NCBI GenBank assembly: GCA_964487735.1
Contig: CAZASJ010000002.1
Location: forward strand, 36,362-100,361
Length of the DNA stretch: 64,000 nt
Source: an uncultured Bacteroidales bacterium
GTDB lineage: Bacteria; Bacteroidota; Bacteroidia; Bacteroidales; B18-G4
Direction: 5' to 3'
Made by a program: the position numbers and the translations under genes. The notes under the pieces were generated by a model. The model had not been told where the DNA came from. It was given only the letters and a program-made list of their open reading frames with translations, and searched no databases. This document shows positions 9,360 to 20,106 of the stretch, one piece after another (position 1 is the first letter of the stretch; each line of letters opens with the position of its first letter).

Positions 9360-11006
9360 ATGAAAAACGCACTTTATTTCCCGGTAATCTTACTGCTTAG
9401 CCTTTTAACTTCCTGCAATACAATGAAAAAACCTGCCGACCTGATCATCAAAAATGCAACTATTTATACCCTTGATAAAAACTTTTCTCTTGCCGGCTGC
9501 CTCGTGGTTAAAGATGGAAAGATCCTGGCGGTGGGAAAGAACAGCCTGGCAAATGAATATGATTCAGAGAATATTATTGATGCTGAAGGGAATTTTGTTT
9601 ATCCAGGATTTTATGATGCACATTGTCATTTTCTTAGTTATGGCGTGGGGAAACTGCAAAGGGCAGACCTGAGCGGAACTGTTTCATTCGAAGCCGTTTT
9701 GGAACGTGTAGCAGAACATGCAAAAGCAAATCCTTCTGAATGGGTCGAAGGCAGGGGCTGGGACCAGAATGATTGGGAACTGAAAGATTTTCCCGACAGG
9801 AAACAACTCGACCTGATGTTTCCTGATCGCCCGGTTATGCTCATCCGTATCGACGGACATGCGGCACTTGTCAATGGAGAAGCACTCCGCAGGGCAGGCA
9901 TTTCTGCAAAGACTAAAGTTGTTGGAGGCGACATCATCATAAAGGATGCTGTGCCTACAGGTGTTCTGATCGACAATGCCATTGAGCTTGTACGTGACAT
10001 GATCCCTTCTGATGATCCTGATCTCATTAAATCAGGATTACTTGCTGGACAGGAAGATTGTTTTGCAGTTGGACTGACCTCTGTGATGGATGCCGGACTT
10101 GCAGTGAAAGACATTAAGATCATAGATCAGCTACAACAGGAAGGATTGTTAAAGATGAAGGTCAATGCCATGCTTAGTCCCATGGATACGAATTACCTGG
10201 CATTCATGGAAGGAGGCATTTATAAAACGGATCGCCTTCATGTGAATTCCATCAAATTATATGCAGATGGTGCTCTCGGATCACGCGGTGCATGCATGTT
10301 GCATGATTATTCAGATGATCCTGGCAATCGTGGCCTCATCATGCACCAGGAAGCCTATTATCGTGAAGTAATTGAGAATGCATACAAATACAATTTCCAG
10401 GTAAATACACATGCCATCGGTGATTCAGGCAATAGGTTTATCCTTGATTTATATGCAGAATACCTTGAAGGACCCAACGACAGACGCTGGCGGGTGGAAC
10501 ATGCTCAGATCGTTCATGAAGATGACTTTTCTAAGTTTAAGGACTTTAATATCATTCCTTCTGTACAGGCAACCCACGCTACTTCCGATATGTATTGGGC
10601 TGGCAACAGGGTGGGAGAAAAAAGGATGAAAGGTGCATATGCCTATAAAACACTTCTTTCATTGAATGGCTGGCTGCCAAACGGAACAGATTTCCCAATT
10701 GAAAAGATCAGTCCATTGCTGACATATTATGCTGCTGTTGCCCGAAAAGACCTGAATGGATATCCTGAGGGAGGTTTTCAGATGCAAGATGCCTTGAGCA
10801 GGAAAGATGCACTTCGCTCAATAACCATTTGGGCAGCTAAGAGTGCATTTGAAGAAAATGAAAAAGGAAGCCTGGAAATAGGAAAGGATGCGGATATCGT
10901 CATTCTGGATACCGACCTGATGAATGCAAATGAGGCAGACCTGCCATTGTCAGAAGTCATTTATACCTATAGCAACGGGGAGTTGGTTTACCAACGCCAG
11001 AAGTAA
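9360..11006 (+). CDS. Amidohydrolase family (YtcJ-like metal-dependent hydrolase) lipoprotein
   Basis: 548 aa. Lipobox LLTSC. Metal-binding YPGFYDAHCHF near the N-terminus, plus HAIGD and VEHAQ motifs. Confidence 0.8.
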   Translation: MKNALYFPVILLLSLLTSCNTMKKPADLIIKNATIYTLDKNFSLAGCLVVKDGKILAVGKNSLANEYDSENIIDAEGNFVYPGFYDAHCHFLSYGVGKLQRADLSGTVSFEAVLERVAEHAKANPSEWVEGRGWDQNDWELKDFPDRKQLDLMFPDRPVMLIRIDGHAALVNGEALRRAGISAKTKVVGGDIIIKDAVPTGVLIDNAIELVRDMIPSDDPDLIKSGLLAGQEDCFAVGLTSVMDAGLAVKDIKIIDQLQQEGLLKMKVNAMLSPMDTNYLAFMEGGIYKTDRLHVNSIKLYADGALGSRGACMLHDYSDDPGNRGLIMHQEAYYREVIENAYKYNFQVNTHAIGDSGNRFILDLYAEYLEGPNDRRWRVEHAQIVHEDDFSKFKDFNIIPSVQATHATSDMYWAGNRVGEKRMKGAYAYKTLLSLNGWLPNGTDFPIEKISPLLTYYAAVARKDLNGYPEGGFQMQDALSRKDALRSITIWAAKSAFEENEKGSLEIGKDADIVILDTDLMNANEADLPLSEVIYTYSNGELVYQRQK

Positions 11007-11112
11007 GCATAAATAAAAGGGGAAATAGCATCCTTTTTTACTTTTAAGTTTTATTAAGAAATATCGGGAAACGCTTTGCCGTTTTTTATATAACCCATAA
11101 AATCTGCGCCTT

Positions 11113-14100
11113 ATGTTAATGAGAAACCTGAACCTTTTTGGATTCATATCCATGCTCGCCCTTGTGCTTTTCACATCCTGTGATAGCGGAAAAAGATCAG
11201 AAAATGTTGTAAACAGCCCCGAATTGGCCAATTATGTTTCGGCCTATACATCCGGAGTGATCTCAACTGAATCAGAACTGATCGTTCGTTTTACGGAAAG
11301 CAACCCTTTAGCGGGGAACTTTTATGAAGCCCTCGAGCATAATCCCTTCACACTAGATCCTCAGGTTGAAGGCCAGGCATACTGGATCAATGGAAATACC
11401 ATTGCCTTCAAGCCATTGGAGAAATTTGAGCAAGCGAAGAAATACAATGCAAGCTTCAACCTTTCATCCCTGCTTGATGTTTCTGGCCAATTATCTGAAT
11501 TTTATTTCAGTTTCCAGACAAGGGTTCAGGATTTTAAGGTTCATATCGCTGCGTTGAGGCCATATCCCGGACAGGGGAAGTATTATTTCCTGAGTGGAGA
11601 TCTGGACTTTGCAGATGTCTTTGAACAGGACAAAGCCGCACAAATCTTGAATGCTACACAGAATGGTAAAGCCCTGGATATTGAATGGAGAGCCATGCAA
11701 AGCAATCGTTTGTTTGAATTTACCATTGATAGCATACTCAGAGGGAAAGAAGTCGGGAAGATTGAAATTTCCTGGGATGGATCAACATTTGGAATTGAAA
11801 ATAAGGATAATGAGAATATTTCCGTCCCTTCATTATCAGATTTTGAGTTGTTGGATGTCAGGGTTTATCAATTGCCTTCTCAGAGGGTCGTGATCAGCTT
11901 TTCCGATCAACTGAAAGCAGGTCAGGAATTGGATGGATTGATCTCTCTGGATGATGATAACGAGCTTACATTCAGAATTGATGGAAATGAATTGGAAGTA
12001 TTTTCTGAAAATACTTATGAGGGGCCGGTCAGCTTGATGATAGAGCCGGGCATTAAAAGTGTATCAGGAGCAAAGATCCGTAAACAAATAATCAGGGAAC
12101 TCAGTTTTTCAAGGTTAAAACCACAAGTGAGCCTGGTAAACAGAGGAGTAATACTGCCATCCTCTCAAGGCCTTATGTTGCCCTTTAAAGCTGTAGGTCT
12201 TAATAGTGTAGATGTCAGGATCATCAAGATATTTGAAAGCAATATCCCTCAGTTTCTCCAGGTAAATAAGATCGATAATGACTATGAGATCAGAAGGGTT
12301 GGAAGGCCGGTATTGCGCCATACGATCGACCTGGCATCAACTGGACTTGATATGAATACCTGGAACTTTTTCTCTATCGACCTGAGCGACCTCATCACAC
12401 CTGAACCCGGAGCTATTTACAATATTGAATTTAGCTTTTTTAAGAAATATTCCGCTTATGAATGTAGCGGGGTCATCAATAATTCAGATCTGGAGGCTCA
12501 AGATGAAGCTGAAAGCTTTGAATATGAAGAAAGTTCTTTCTGGGACAATCTCAATAGTTATTATTGGGGGTATTGGCCTGATGGCTATGACTGGCGTGAG
12601 GAAGATAATCCGTGTCATGTTTCATATTATACCCATTATCGGTTTGTTTCAACCAATGTCCTGGCCTCCGACCTTGGGCTCATTGTCAAGTCGGGTTCCG
12701 CTGATGAACTCCTGGTAGCCATTACCGATCTCATCTCAGCGGAGCCTTTGCAAGGGGTTTCTGTCGCCGCATATAATTATCAATTACAAAAAATAGGATC
12801 AGGAATCAGCGGTGCCGATGGCCTTGTTGAAATTAAGATCGAAGGCAATCCTTTCATGCTGATCGCTGAAAAAGAAAAGCAAAAGGGATACCTGCGCATT
12901 GATGACGGTAGTGCACTGTCGGTAAGCAACTTCGATGTAAGCGGTAAAACGGTGGAGAAAGGACTGAGAGGCTATATTTATGGCGATCGCGGTGTATGGA
13001 GGCCGGGAGATACCCTTTTCCTGAATTTTATACTCGATGACAGGCAGAATAGGTTGCCTGAAGAGCATCCTGTAGTTTTTGAACTTTTAAACCCTCAAGG
13101 TAGAGTCATAAAGCGTCTTGTTCGGACCGAGGCAAAAGGGAATATCTATGATTTCATGACAACAACTTCCACCGAGGCACCTACCGGAAGCTGGACTGCC
13201 CGCGTAAAAGTGGGAGGGGTTGTATTTACGAAATCAATACGCATAGAGACAGTTAAACCCAACCGATTGAAACTTTCCATGGATATGGGAAAAGGGCCTT
13301 TGAAAGGTGGCGATAAGATCTCCGGCGACCTTATTGTTAAATGGTTGCATGGAGCTCCTGCCAGGAACTTGAAGGCAAAGGTTGATGTGAGCCTGTATAA
13401 AAGCAGCACTGGATTTGAAAAATATCCTGAATATACCTTTCAGGATCCCTCAAGATATTTTTACCCGGATGATATGAACATATTTGATGGAAAACTGAAT
13501 ATGCAGGGAGAAGCTGATATCAACTTCAGTCCGCCTTATATTTCAAATGCTCCCGGCATGCTGAAGGCGGCATTTACAGTCAGGGCTTTTGAGGAAGGTG
13601 GCGACTTCAGCACGGATTTCTTCACAATGGACTATGCTCCGTATGAAAAATTCATTGGAATTAAATTGCCCGTTGGGGATAAGCGGGGAATGCTGCTCAC
13701 TGATACAAGCCATACTGTGGATATCATCAGCTGTGATGCAGATGGCAATCCTGTTTCCATAAGGAAACTGAATGCTGCAATCTATAAGGTTTCATGGCGA
13801 TGGTGGTGGAATGCTTCGGATAATGATATGGCCACCTATTTCGGATCTGAATATGCTGTTCCCATCGAGGAAGCCATCGTTTATACAAACAAGAATGGCA
13901 AAGGTGTATTTAAATTCAAAATTGAATATCCTGACTGGGGACGGTATTTTGTACGTGTGTGGGATGAGAATGGCGGTGCCGCCACAGGGAAAACAGTCTA
14001 CATTGACTGGCCAGGTTGGGCAGGACAGGCAAAACGTGAATTTCCGGGAGCAGCTTCACTATTGACATTTACTGCTGATAAAACAAATTATAAAGTGGGT

Positions 14101-16665
14101 GAAATTGCTACTGTCGTATTTCCTTCTTCCAGTGTTGGAAGGGCTTTGCTTACCATAGAATCAGGATCGGGTATTCTGGATGCTGATTGGGTGATCCCCC
14201 AGGGAGAACAAAGTCAATATAGTTTCGAGATCACTCCCGAAATGGCACCAAATGTTTATGTGAGTATTACACTTGTTCAACCGCACAGTCAGAGCGTGAA
14301 TGATGCTCCCATCCGGCTGTATGGAACAATACCCATCATGGTTGAGGATCCTGATTCCAGGATTACGCCTGTATTGGAAATGCCGGATGTACTGGAACCT
14401 GAAAAACAAGTGAATCTGAAGGTTTACGAAATGAATGGCATGCCAATGACCTATACCATTGCCATGGTAGATGAGGGTTTGCTGGATCTGACAAGATTCA
14501 AAACACCTGACCCCTGGAAACATTTCTATGCACGTGAAGCTTTGGGTGTTAAGACCTGGGACCTTTATTCTTATGTAATTGGTGCCTATGGTGGTAAACT
14601 TGAGAAAGTATTTGGTATAGGTGGGGGTGATGAGATGGCACCAGAAGAAGATATCAAGGCAAATCGCTTTAAACCTGTAGTTAAATTTCTGGGACCTTTT
14701 AAACTCGAAAAAGGAGAAACTGCAAAACATTCCTTCATTATGCCTAATTATATTGGTTCAGTGAGGACTATGGTGGTTTCTGCCGGATATATGGCATATG
14801 GATCAACAGAGAAGACAACAGCAGTGAAGAAACCGCTTATGGTACTTGCGACCCTTCCAAGGGTGCTGGGTCCGGGTGAAAAAGTATCACTTCCTGTTAC
14901 GGTCTTTGCCATGCAGGAAGATGTTAAGGATGTCAGCTTGAATATTAAAGCAAATAATCTTTTCACAAAGAATAATCTTAACAAAAAGGTCCATTTTGAT
15001 GCAGAAGGAGATATGGTGGTTAATTTTGAACTTGAAACCATTTATAATACAGGGACTGGAAAGGTAGAAATTGAAGCGGTTTGTGGCAATTATCGTGCAA
15101 CTTATATTATTGATATTGAGGTAAGAAATCCCAATCCACCAATTACATATGTATTCCGAAGGAGGGTGATTCCCGGTGAAACGATCACGCATACACAGAC
15201 AATGCCTGGAATGCCTGGTAGTAATTCTGCTGTCCTGGAAATTTCCGGATTGCCTCCGCTTGATCTTGAAAGGAGACTGAATTATCTGATCCGTTATCCG
15301 CATGGTTGTCTGGAACAAACAGTATCGGCTGCTTTCCCCCAATTATACATTAGGAATTTAATGGATATTAGCAATGCATATGAGAAACGAATTACAAGGA
15401 ATGTTCGTGCTGCATTAAATAAGATATTGAGATTTCAGGCCAATGACGGAGGCCTGTCTCTTTGGCCGGGGGGAAGTGGAAATGATTGGGTCACGTCCTA
15501 TGTCGGGCATTTTATGCTGGAAGCTGAAAAGCAGGGCTATGCACTACCGGTAGGATTAAAATCAGCATGGTTGACCTATCAGCAGAATAATGCGAATAAC
15601 TGGACTACTAAAGATGCTGAAGTATATAAAACAGGATTGAGTCAGTCATACAGGCTTTATACCCTTGCCCTGGCGGGATATCCAAACCTTAGAGCGATGA
15701 ACAGGTTGAGGGAAACACCAGGTTTGTGTACAACTGCACGCTGGCAACTTGTATCCTCATATTTACTGGCTGGTCAACCTGAAGCAGCCAGGCAATTGGC
15801 AAATGAAACAGGATATGATGTATCCCAATATATGGATTTTAACCAGACCTATGGATCAGACATGCGCGACAAAGCACTGATATTGCAAAGTTTAAGTGCT
15901 ATTGGTGATGAAGAGAATGCATTTTCCTTTGCGCAGGATATCTCAAAATCCCTTACCGGGAAAGGATGGATGAGTACTCAAACCACCGCTTTCTGCCTAA
16001 TGTCAATGTCAGAATATTACAACAGGAATGTTAAAGTCACCAATGGGATGCGATATGAATATGCTGTTGATGGCAATGCACAAGAGATCAGTACGGATCT
16101 TAATCTTACACAGGCCAGTCTGAATGTTGATAACAGGGATAAGATCAGCCTGAGCTTTACAAATACCGATAGCAAAGATCTGTTCCTTGCCCTGGCAGTG
16201 AGTGGTAAGCCATTGGTAGACAGTATAAACAATGTGGATAATAATATCAGCATGAGTGTTGTTTACAGGGATATTGAAGGTAAGGTGATCGATCCTTCAG
16301 TATTGGAACAGGGTACTGATTTCATTGCTGAAATTAGTATCGGGAATGCCGGTGTGTACACAAGATACAGGGATCTGGCGCTTACCCAGATATTCCCTTC
16401 GGGATGGGAGATCATTAATAAAAGGATGTATAACGTTCCTGATGCCTTGAAGGAAAGTTCTTTCGAATACAGGGATATCAGGGATGACCGCGTGATTACT
16501 TATTTCAGCATTTATCGCCGCGGAACGGTGAAATTCGTTGTTTTACTCAATGCTGCCTACGCTGGCCGCTTCTACCTGCCCGGCCCTCAATTAGAAGCCA
16601 TGTACAACAATGATGTGTATGCAAGAAGAAGTGGTAAATGGGTGGAAGTTATTAAAGCTGAATAG
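11113..16665 (+). CDS. Bacterial alpha-2-macroglobulin family lipoprotein with intact thioester motif
   Basis: 1850 aa. Lipobox LFTSC. The thioester CLEQ motif sits in YPHGCLEQTVSAAFPQLY (Cys codon at 15307-15309, residue 1399). The size and layout are typical of this family. Confidence 0.9.
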   Translation: MLMRNLNLFGFISMLALVLFTSCDSGKRSENVVNSPELANYVSAYTSGVISTESELIVRFTESNPLAGNFYEALEHNPFTLDPQVEGQAYWINGNTIAFKPLEKFEQAKKYNASFNLSSLLDVSGQLSEFYFSFQTRVQDFKVHIAALRPYPGQGKYYFLSGDLDFADVFEQDKAAQILNATQNGKALDIEWRAMQSNRLFEFTIDSILRGKEVGKIEISWDGSTFGIENKDNENISVPSLSDFELLDVRVYQLPSQRVVISFSDQLKAGQELDGLISLDDDNELTFRIDGNELEVFSENTYEGPVSLMIEPGIKSVSGAKIRKQIIRELSFSRLKPQVSLVNRGVILPSSQGLMLPFKAVGLNSVDVRIIKIFESNIPQFLQVNKIDNDYEIRRVGRPVLRHTIDLASTGLDMNTWNFFSIDLSDLITPEPGAIYNIEFSFFKKYSAYECSGVINNSDLEAQDEAESFEYEESSFWDNLNSYYWGYWPDGYDWREEDNPCHVSYYTHYRFVSTNVLASDLGLIVKSGSADELLVAITDLISAEPLQGVSVAAYNYQLQKIGSGISGADGLVEIKIEGNPFMLIAEKEKQKGYLRIDDGSALSVSNFDVSGKTVEKGLRGYIYGDRGVWRPGDTLFLNFILDDRQNRLPEEHPVVFELLNPQGRVIKRLVRTEAKGNIYDFMTTTSTEAPTGSWTARVKVGGVVFTKSIRIETVKPNRLKLSMDMGKGPLKGGDKISGDLIVKWLHGAPARNLKAKVDVSLYKSSTGFEKYPEYTFQDPSRYFYPDDMNIFDGKLNMQGEADINFSPPYISNAPGMLKAAFTVRAFEEGGDFSTDFFTMDYAPYEKFIGIKLPVGDKRGMLLTDTSHTVDIISCDADGNPVSIRKLNAAIYKVSWRWWWNASDNDMATYFGSEYAVPIEEAIVYTNKNGKGVFKFKIEYPDWGRYFVRVWDENGGAATGKTVYIDWPGWAGQAKREFPGAASLLTFTADKTNYKVGEIATVVFPSSSVGRALLTIESGSGILDADWVIPQGEQSQYSFEITPEMAPNVYVSITLVQPHSQSVNDAPIRLYGTIPIMVEDPDSRITPVLEMPDVLEPEKQVNLKVYEMNGMPMTYTIAMVDEGLLDLTRFKTPDPWKHFYAREALGVKTWDLYSYVIGAYGGKLEKVFGIGGGDEMAPEEDIKANRFKPVVKFLGPFKLEKGETAKHSFIMPNYIGSVRTMVVSAGYMAYGSTEKTTAVKKPLMVLATLPRVLGPGEKVSLPVTVFAMQEDVKDVSLNIKANNLFTKNNLNKKVHFDAEGDMVVNFELETIYNTGTGKVEIEAVCGNYRATYIIDIEVRNPNPPITYVFRRRVIPGETITHTQTMPGMPGSNSAVLEISGLPPLDLERRLNYLIRYPHGCLEQTVSAAFPQLYIRNLMDISNAYEKRITRNVRAALNKILRFQANDGGLSLWPGGSGNDWVTSYVGHFMLEAEKQGYALPVGLKSAWLTYQQNNANNWTTKDAEVYKTGLSQSYRLYTLALAGYPNLRAMNRLRETPGLCTTARWQLVSSYLLAGQPEAARQLANETGYDVSQYMDFNQTYGSDMRDKALILQSLSAIGDEENAFSFAQDISKSLTGKGWMSTQTTAFCLMSMSEYYNRNVKVTNGMRYEYAVDGNAQEISTDLNLTQASLNVDNRDKISLSFTNTDSKDLFLALAVSGKPLVDSINNVDNNISMSVVYRDIEGKVIDPSVLEQGTDFIAEISIGNAGVYTRYRDLALTQIFPSGWEIINKRMYNVPDALKESSFEYRDIRDDRVITYFSIYRRGTVKFVVLLNAAYAGRFYLPGPQLEAMYNNDVYARRSGKWVEVIKAE

Positions 16666-16670
16666 GATAG

Positions 16671-19025
16671 ATGTTCTTATTTAAAAATAAAAAGATCAAC
16701 ACTAAAAGGAATTGGGCACTTTTGTTCATTGTTTTGGTGTTGGTCTTTTTTGCACTACGACCACCCGGTTTTGATGATCCCTATTCCACAGTGATGGAAG
16801 ATCGCAATGATGAATTGCTTGGAGCTTTAATTGCCGGAGATGGGCAATGGCGTTTCCCGCCACCCGACAGCATCCCGGAACGAATGAAAGCCTGCATCAC
16901 TTTGTTTGAGGATAAGAACTTCTTTTATCACCCCGGTGTTGACCTCGGCGCCATTGGCCGGGCAATGTACCTGAACATCAGAAATAAAAGTATTGTAAGT
17001 GGTGGAAGTACGATCAGTATGCAGGTAATCAGGCTGATGCGAAAAGGCAGGTCCCGAACCGTTTGGGAAAAAATTGTAGAAATGACCCTTGCTTTACGGC
17101 TTGAAATAATGCATTCCAAAGACGAGATTCTGAATTTGTACCTTTCACACGCTCCCTTCGGTGGTAATGTGGTTGGCCTGGAAGCTGCCTCCTGGCGATA
17201 CTTCGGATGTAAACCCAATAAACTTACCTGGGCAGATGCAGCAACGCTGGCCGTCTTGCCAAATGCCCCATCTGTGATTCATCCCGGAAGGAACAGGGAA
17301 GTATTGCATGATAAAAGGAACAAGCTGCTTGATCGCCTGCTTGAAACAAATGAAATAGATTCATTGACATGGATGCTGGCCTGTTCGGAACCATTGCCTG
17401 ATAAACCACGTCCATTGCCCCAGGTTGCCCCTCATCTATTGGCATATTTCCATGCAACACAACAAGGTCTCAGGATAAAAACAACCATCGACAGGCATGT
17501 TCAGATGAAGGCGCAGGAGATGCTGGATAGGCATGTTAAGGGATTAAGGCAAAATGAGATACATAATTCAGCTGCACTGATACTTGAAGTGGAAACAGGA
17601 AATGTATTAGCCTATGTTGGAAATACAAATCTCACAGGAGGAAAACATGGGGAGATGGTGGATATTGTCAGAGCCAGAAGAAGCAGTGGAAGCATTTTGA
17701 AGCCACTTTTATATGCAGCGCTGCTTGATGACGGAAGCATCTTACCGAAGACTTTGATTCCTGATATCCCTACCCGAATGACAGGATTTTCGCCCAAGAA
17801 CTTCAGTGGGACTTTTGATGGGGCGGTGCCTGCGGACATGGCTCTTTCACGTTCACTCAATATCCCTGCAGTGAAGATGTTACAGGTTTATGGGGTGGAT
17901 AAATTCAGATTGTTTCTGACAGATATGGGCATGACCACACTTTTCAGGTCAGCAGGATCTTATGGATTATCATTGATCTTAGGTGGTGCTGAGACCACAG
18001 TCTGGGACCTGGCAGGCATATATGCCAGCATGTCGCGGACATTAAATCATTTTTACGAATATAGCGGGAAGTATGACCCTGATGATGTTCATCCACCCAG
18101 ATTAAGTTTTCAGGGAAACAAGGAAATTATACATACGGATGAATCCTTGCTTGGTGCTGCATCTATATGGTTGACATATAGGGCTATGGAGGAAGTTAAT
18201 CGCCCGGAGAGAGAAGCTAATTGGGATGTATTTTCTTCTTCCAGAAGGATTGCCTGGAAGACCGGTACCAGTTTTGGTTTCAGGGATGCCTGGTCGGTAG
18301 GGACAGATCCTGCTTATGTTGTGGCAGTCTGGGCAGGCAATGCTGATGGAGAGGGCAGGCCGGGGCTTACAGGTGTATCTTCGGCTGCACCCTTAATGTT
18401 TGAATTATTTGACCTTCTTCCGGCAGGAGAATGGTTTGATCAACCTTATGATGAAATGAGACAAATTGCTGTTTGCAGTCAAAGTGGCCATAGGATGGGA
18501 CCTGATTGTGAGGATGCAGATACAATGTGGGTGCCTGTAAGAGGCTTGCGCTCAGAATCATGTCCATATCATTATGTTATACACCTGGATAAGGATGCGT
18601 ATTTCAGAGTTACAGAAAATTGCATGGATGTAAATGAGATGGTTCATAAGAAATGGTTTGTCTTGCCTCCGGCAATGGAGTGGTACTATAAGGCAGGACA
18701 TGCCTGGTACAGGGATTTGCCACCCTATAAGGAAGGTTGTACAGAGGAAGGACAGGAGCCGGCCATGGCCTTCATTTACCCTGATTGGGGATCACAGATC
18801 TATATACCTGTGGGACTTGATGGTACGCCCGGGGAAGCCATCCTGGAAATTGCCCACAGAAAACCTGAAACAAATATCTATTGGCATCTTGATGAGGAAT
18901 ACATAGGCAAAACAAAGCATAAACATCAGATGGGAATTCATCCGGAAAAGGGAGAGCACGTGGTCACGGCAGTGGATGAAAGTGGTGAAAGTATTGTGGT
19001 TGGGTTTAAGGTTGTGAGCAGATAA
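16671..19025 (+). CDS. pbpC: Penicillin-binding protein 1C
   Basis: 784 aa. Glycosyltransferase motifs (EDKNFFYHPGVD, GGSTISMQ). Transpeptidase region (SSGSILKP, KTGTSFGFRD). Starts 5 nt after the A2M stop, the classic A2M-pbpC pairing. Confidence 0.9.
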   Translation: MFLFKNKKINTKRNWALLFIVLVLVFFALRPPGFDDPYSTVMEDRNDELLGALIAGDGQWRFPPPDSIPERMKACITLFEDKNFFYHPGVDLGAIGRAMYLNIRNKSIVSGGSTISMQVIRLMRKGRSRTVWEKIVEMTLALRLEIMHSKDEILNLYLSHAPFGGNVVGLEAASWRYFGCKPNKLTWADAATLAVLPNAPSVIHPGRNREVLHDKRNKLLDRLLETNEIDSLTWMLACSEPLPDKPRPLPQVAPHLLAYFHATQQGLRIKTTIDRHVQMKAQEMLDRHVKGLRQNEIHNSAALILEVETGNVLAYVGNTNLTGGKHGEMVDIVRARRSSGSILKPLLYAALLDDGSILPKTLIPDIPTRMTGFSPKNFSGTFDGAVPADMALSRSLNIPAVKMLQVYGVDKFRLFLTDMGMTTLFRSAGSYGLSLILGGAETTVWDLAGIYASMSRTLNHFYEYSGKYDPDDVHPPRLSFQGNKEIIHTDESLLGAASIWLTYRAMEEVNRPEREANWDVFSSSRRIAWKTGTSFGFRDAWSVGTDPAYVVAVWAGNADGEGRPGLTGVSSAAPLMFELFDLLPAGEWFDQPYDEMRQIAVCSQSGHRMGPDCEDADTMWVPVRGLRSESCPYHYVIHLDKDAYFRVTENCMDVNEMVHKKWFVLPPAMEWYYKAGHAWYRDLPPYKEGCTEEGQEPAMAFIYPDWGSQIYIPVGLDGTPGEAILEIAHRKPETNIYWHLDEEYIGKTKHKHQMGIHPEKGEHVVTAVDESGESIVVGFKVVSR

Positions 19026-19902
19026 ACTTCCTGATAAATGTTTTTCCATTCATTACAACTTTACAAACATACATTCCGGATTTCAAATCACTTAGAACAA
19101 CTTCAGGATCTTTTATCCCTGCCGGGAAGTGTTTTTCTATGACTTTCCTCCCTGAAAGATCAAAGACTTCAATAAATTCAACAATCCCTGAAGATTGCAG
19201 CTGAATTTTATCCCTGGCGGGGTTTGGAAAAAGGTTTAAATTAGTTGAATATTCAGATTCATTCAGTCCTGTGCCATGAACATAGCAGGCATCAAACCCT
19301 TCCCGCATATAGAGTAGGGAATCGTTTCTGTGGAAACAGAGAAGGTCCCAGGTTGGACATACAATGCACATATAATATTTTGAATGTATTGGACCCAGGC
19401 TCCCTCCAATACCTTCTATCCAGAAATCAAAAAATCCCAAATATTCATCCAGATGCCATCTGCGCCGCTGCACCCCTAAATATTCAATGGTATCGATCAT
19501 ACTGATCAGAATTGGGACAGACTCATCTCCGCAAAACATGTTTTTGATGCTACAGGTATCGCCTACGGCAAGATTAAAGTTATAAAGGATACCTTCTGTT
19601 CCCATAGGGGGAACAAAAAAAACGATATTGGAATCTTCCCGCATCAATCCCTGGTACGACCATGATGCATCCACAGAGTCCATCGTTAACCAGATGATTT
19701 TATAGTTATATCCATTTTGTACTGAATCCCCTTCGATTTTGTAGCTTTCTGTTCCTATAAAGCTTGGATAGCCTGTCACATATACATTCCAGGTATTGTT
19801 TTCTGAAACGATGCCTTGTGCAAATACAGAACTGAAAAGGAAGTATAAGATAAGGCAAGCAACAATTGCAGTCAGGAAGATTGTTTTAATAAATGAGATC
19901 AT
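19006..19902 (-). CDS. T9SS-sorted secreted protein, paralog of the 20107-20985 gene
   Basis: The ORF track extends to 20103. I prefer Met68 (19902), which gives the signal peptide MISFIKTIFLTAIVACLILYFLFSSVFA/QG, parallel to the paralog's ...SSA/QG. C-terminal LFPNPARDKIQLQ...GMYVCKV T9SS domain. About 40% identity by eye to the neighbour. Confidence 0.6.
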   Translation of the reverse strand: MISFIKTIFLTAIVACLILYFLFSSVFAQGIVSENNTWNVYVTGYPSFIGTESYKIEGDSVQNGYNYKIIWLTMDSVDASWSYQGLMREDSNIVFFVPPMGTEGILYNFNLAVGDTCSIKNMFCGDESVPILISMIDTIEYLGVQRRRWHLDEYLGFFDFWIEGIGGSLGPIHSKYYMCIVCPTWDLLCFHRNDSLLYMREGFDACYVHGTGLNESEYSTNLNLFPNPARDKIQLQSSGIVEFIEVFDLSGRKVIEKHFPAGIKDPEVVLSDLKSGMYVCKVVMNGKTFIRKFICSQP

Positions 19903-20106
19903 ATTTTTACGGCGTATTGAAGTCCTGATCTTGTTTTTTATCCGTTCACGCTCTTCCCTGGGGATGCTGTCCGGGTGAATAGGATGGTTCTTCATCTCCT
20001 TGTGCAATGCATCATAAATCGTATTATGACGGTCACGGTATCTGTTTCTCAGAATCAGGTTGTTCTGAAGAATAACCCTCATGTTTTCAGCATGCCCGCC
20101 CATGGT

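Noticed and set aside
14161-14730. 189-aa antisense ORF inside the alpha-2-macroglobulin gene, plus similar antisense or out-of-frame ORFs at 3114-3662, 9638-10123, 34441-34887, 38164-38556, 44504-44917, 46219-46665, 54809-55375 and 55406-55825
   Set aside because: All lie within genes whose sense-strand products have strong family motifs. The shadow ORFs have low-complexity or atypical composition and no start-site context.
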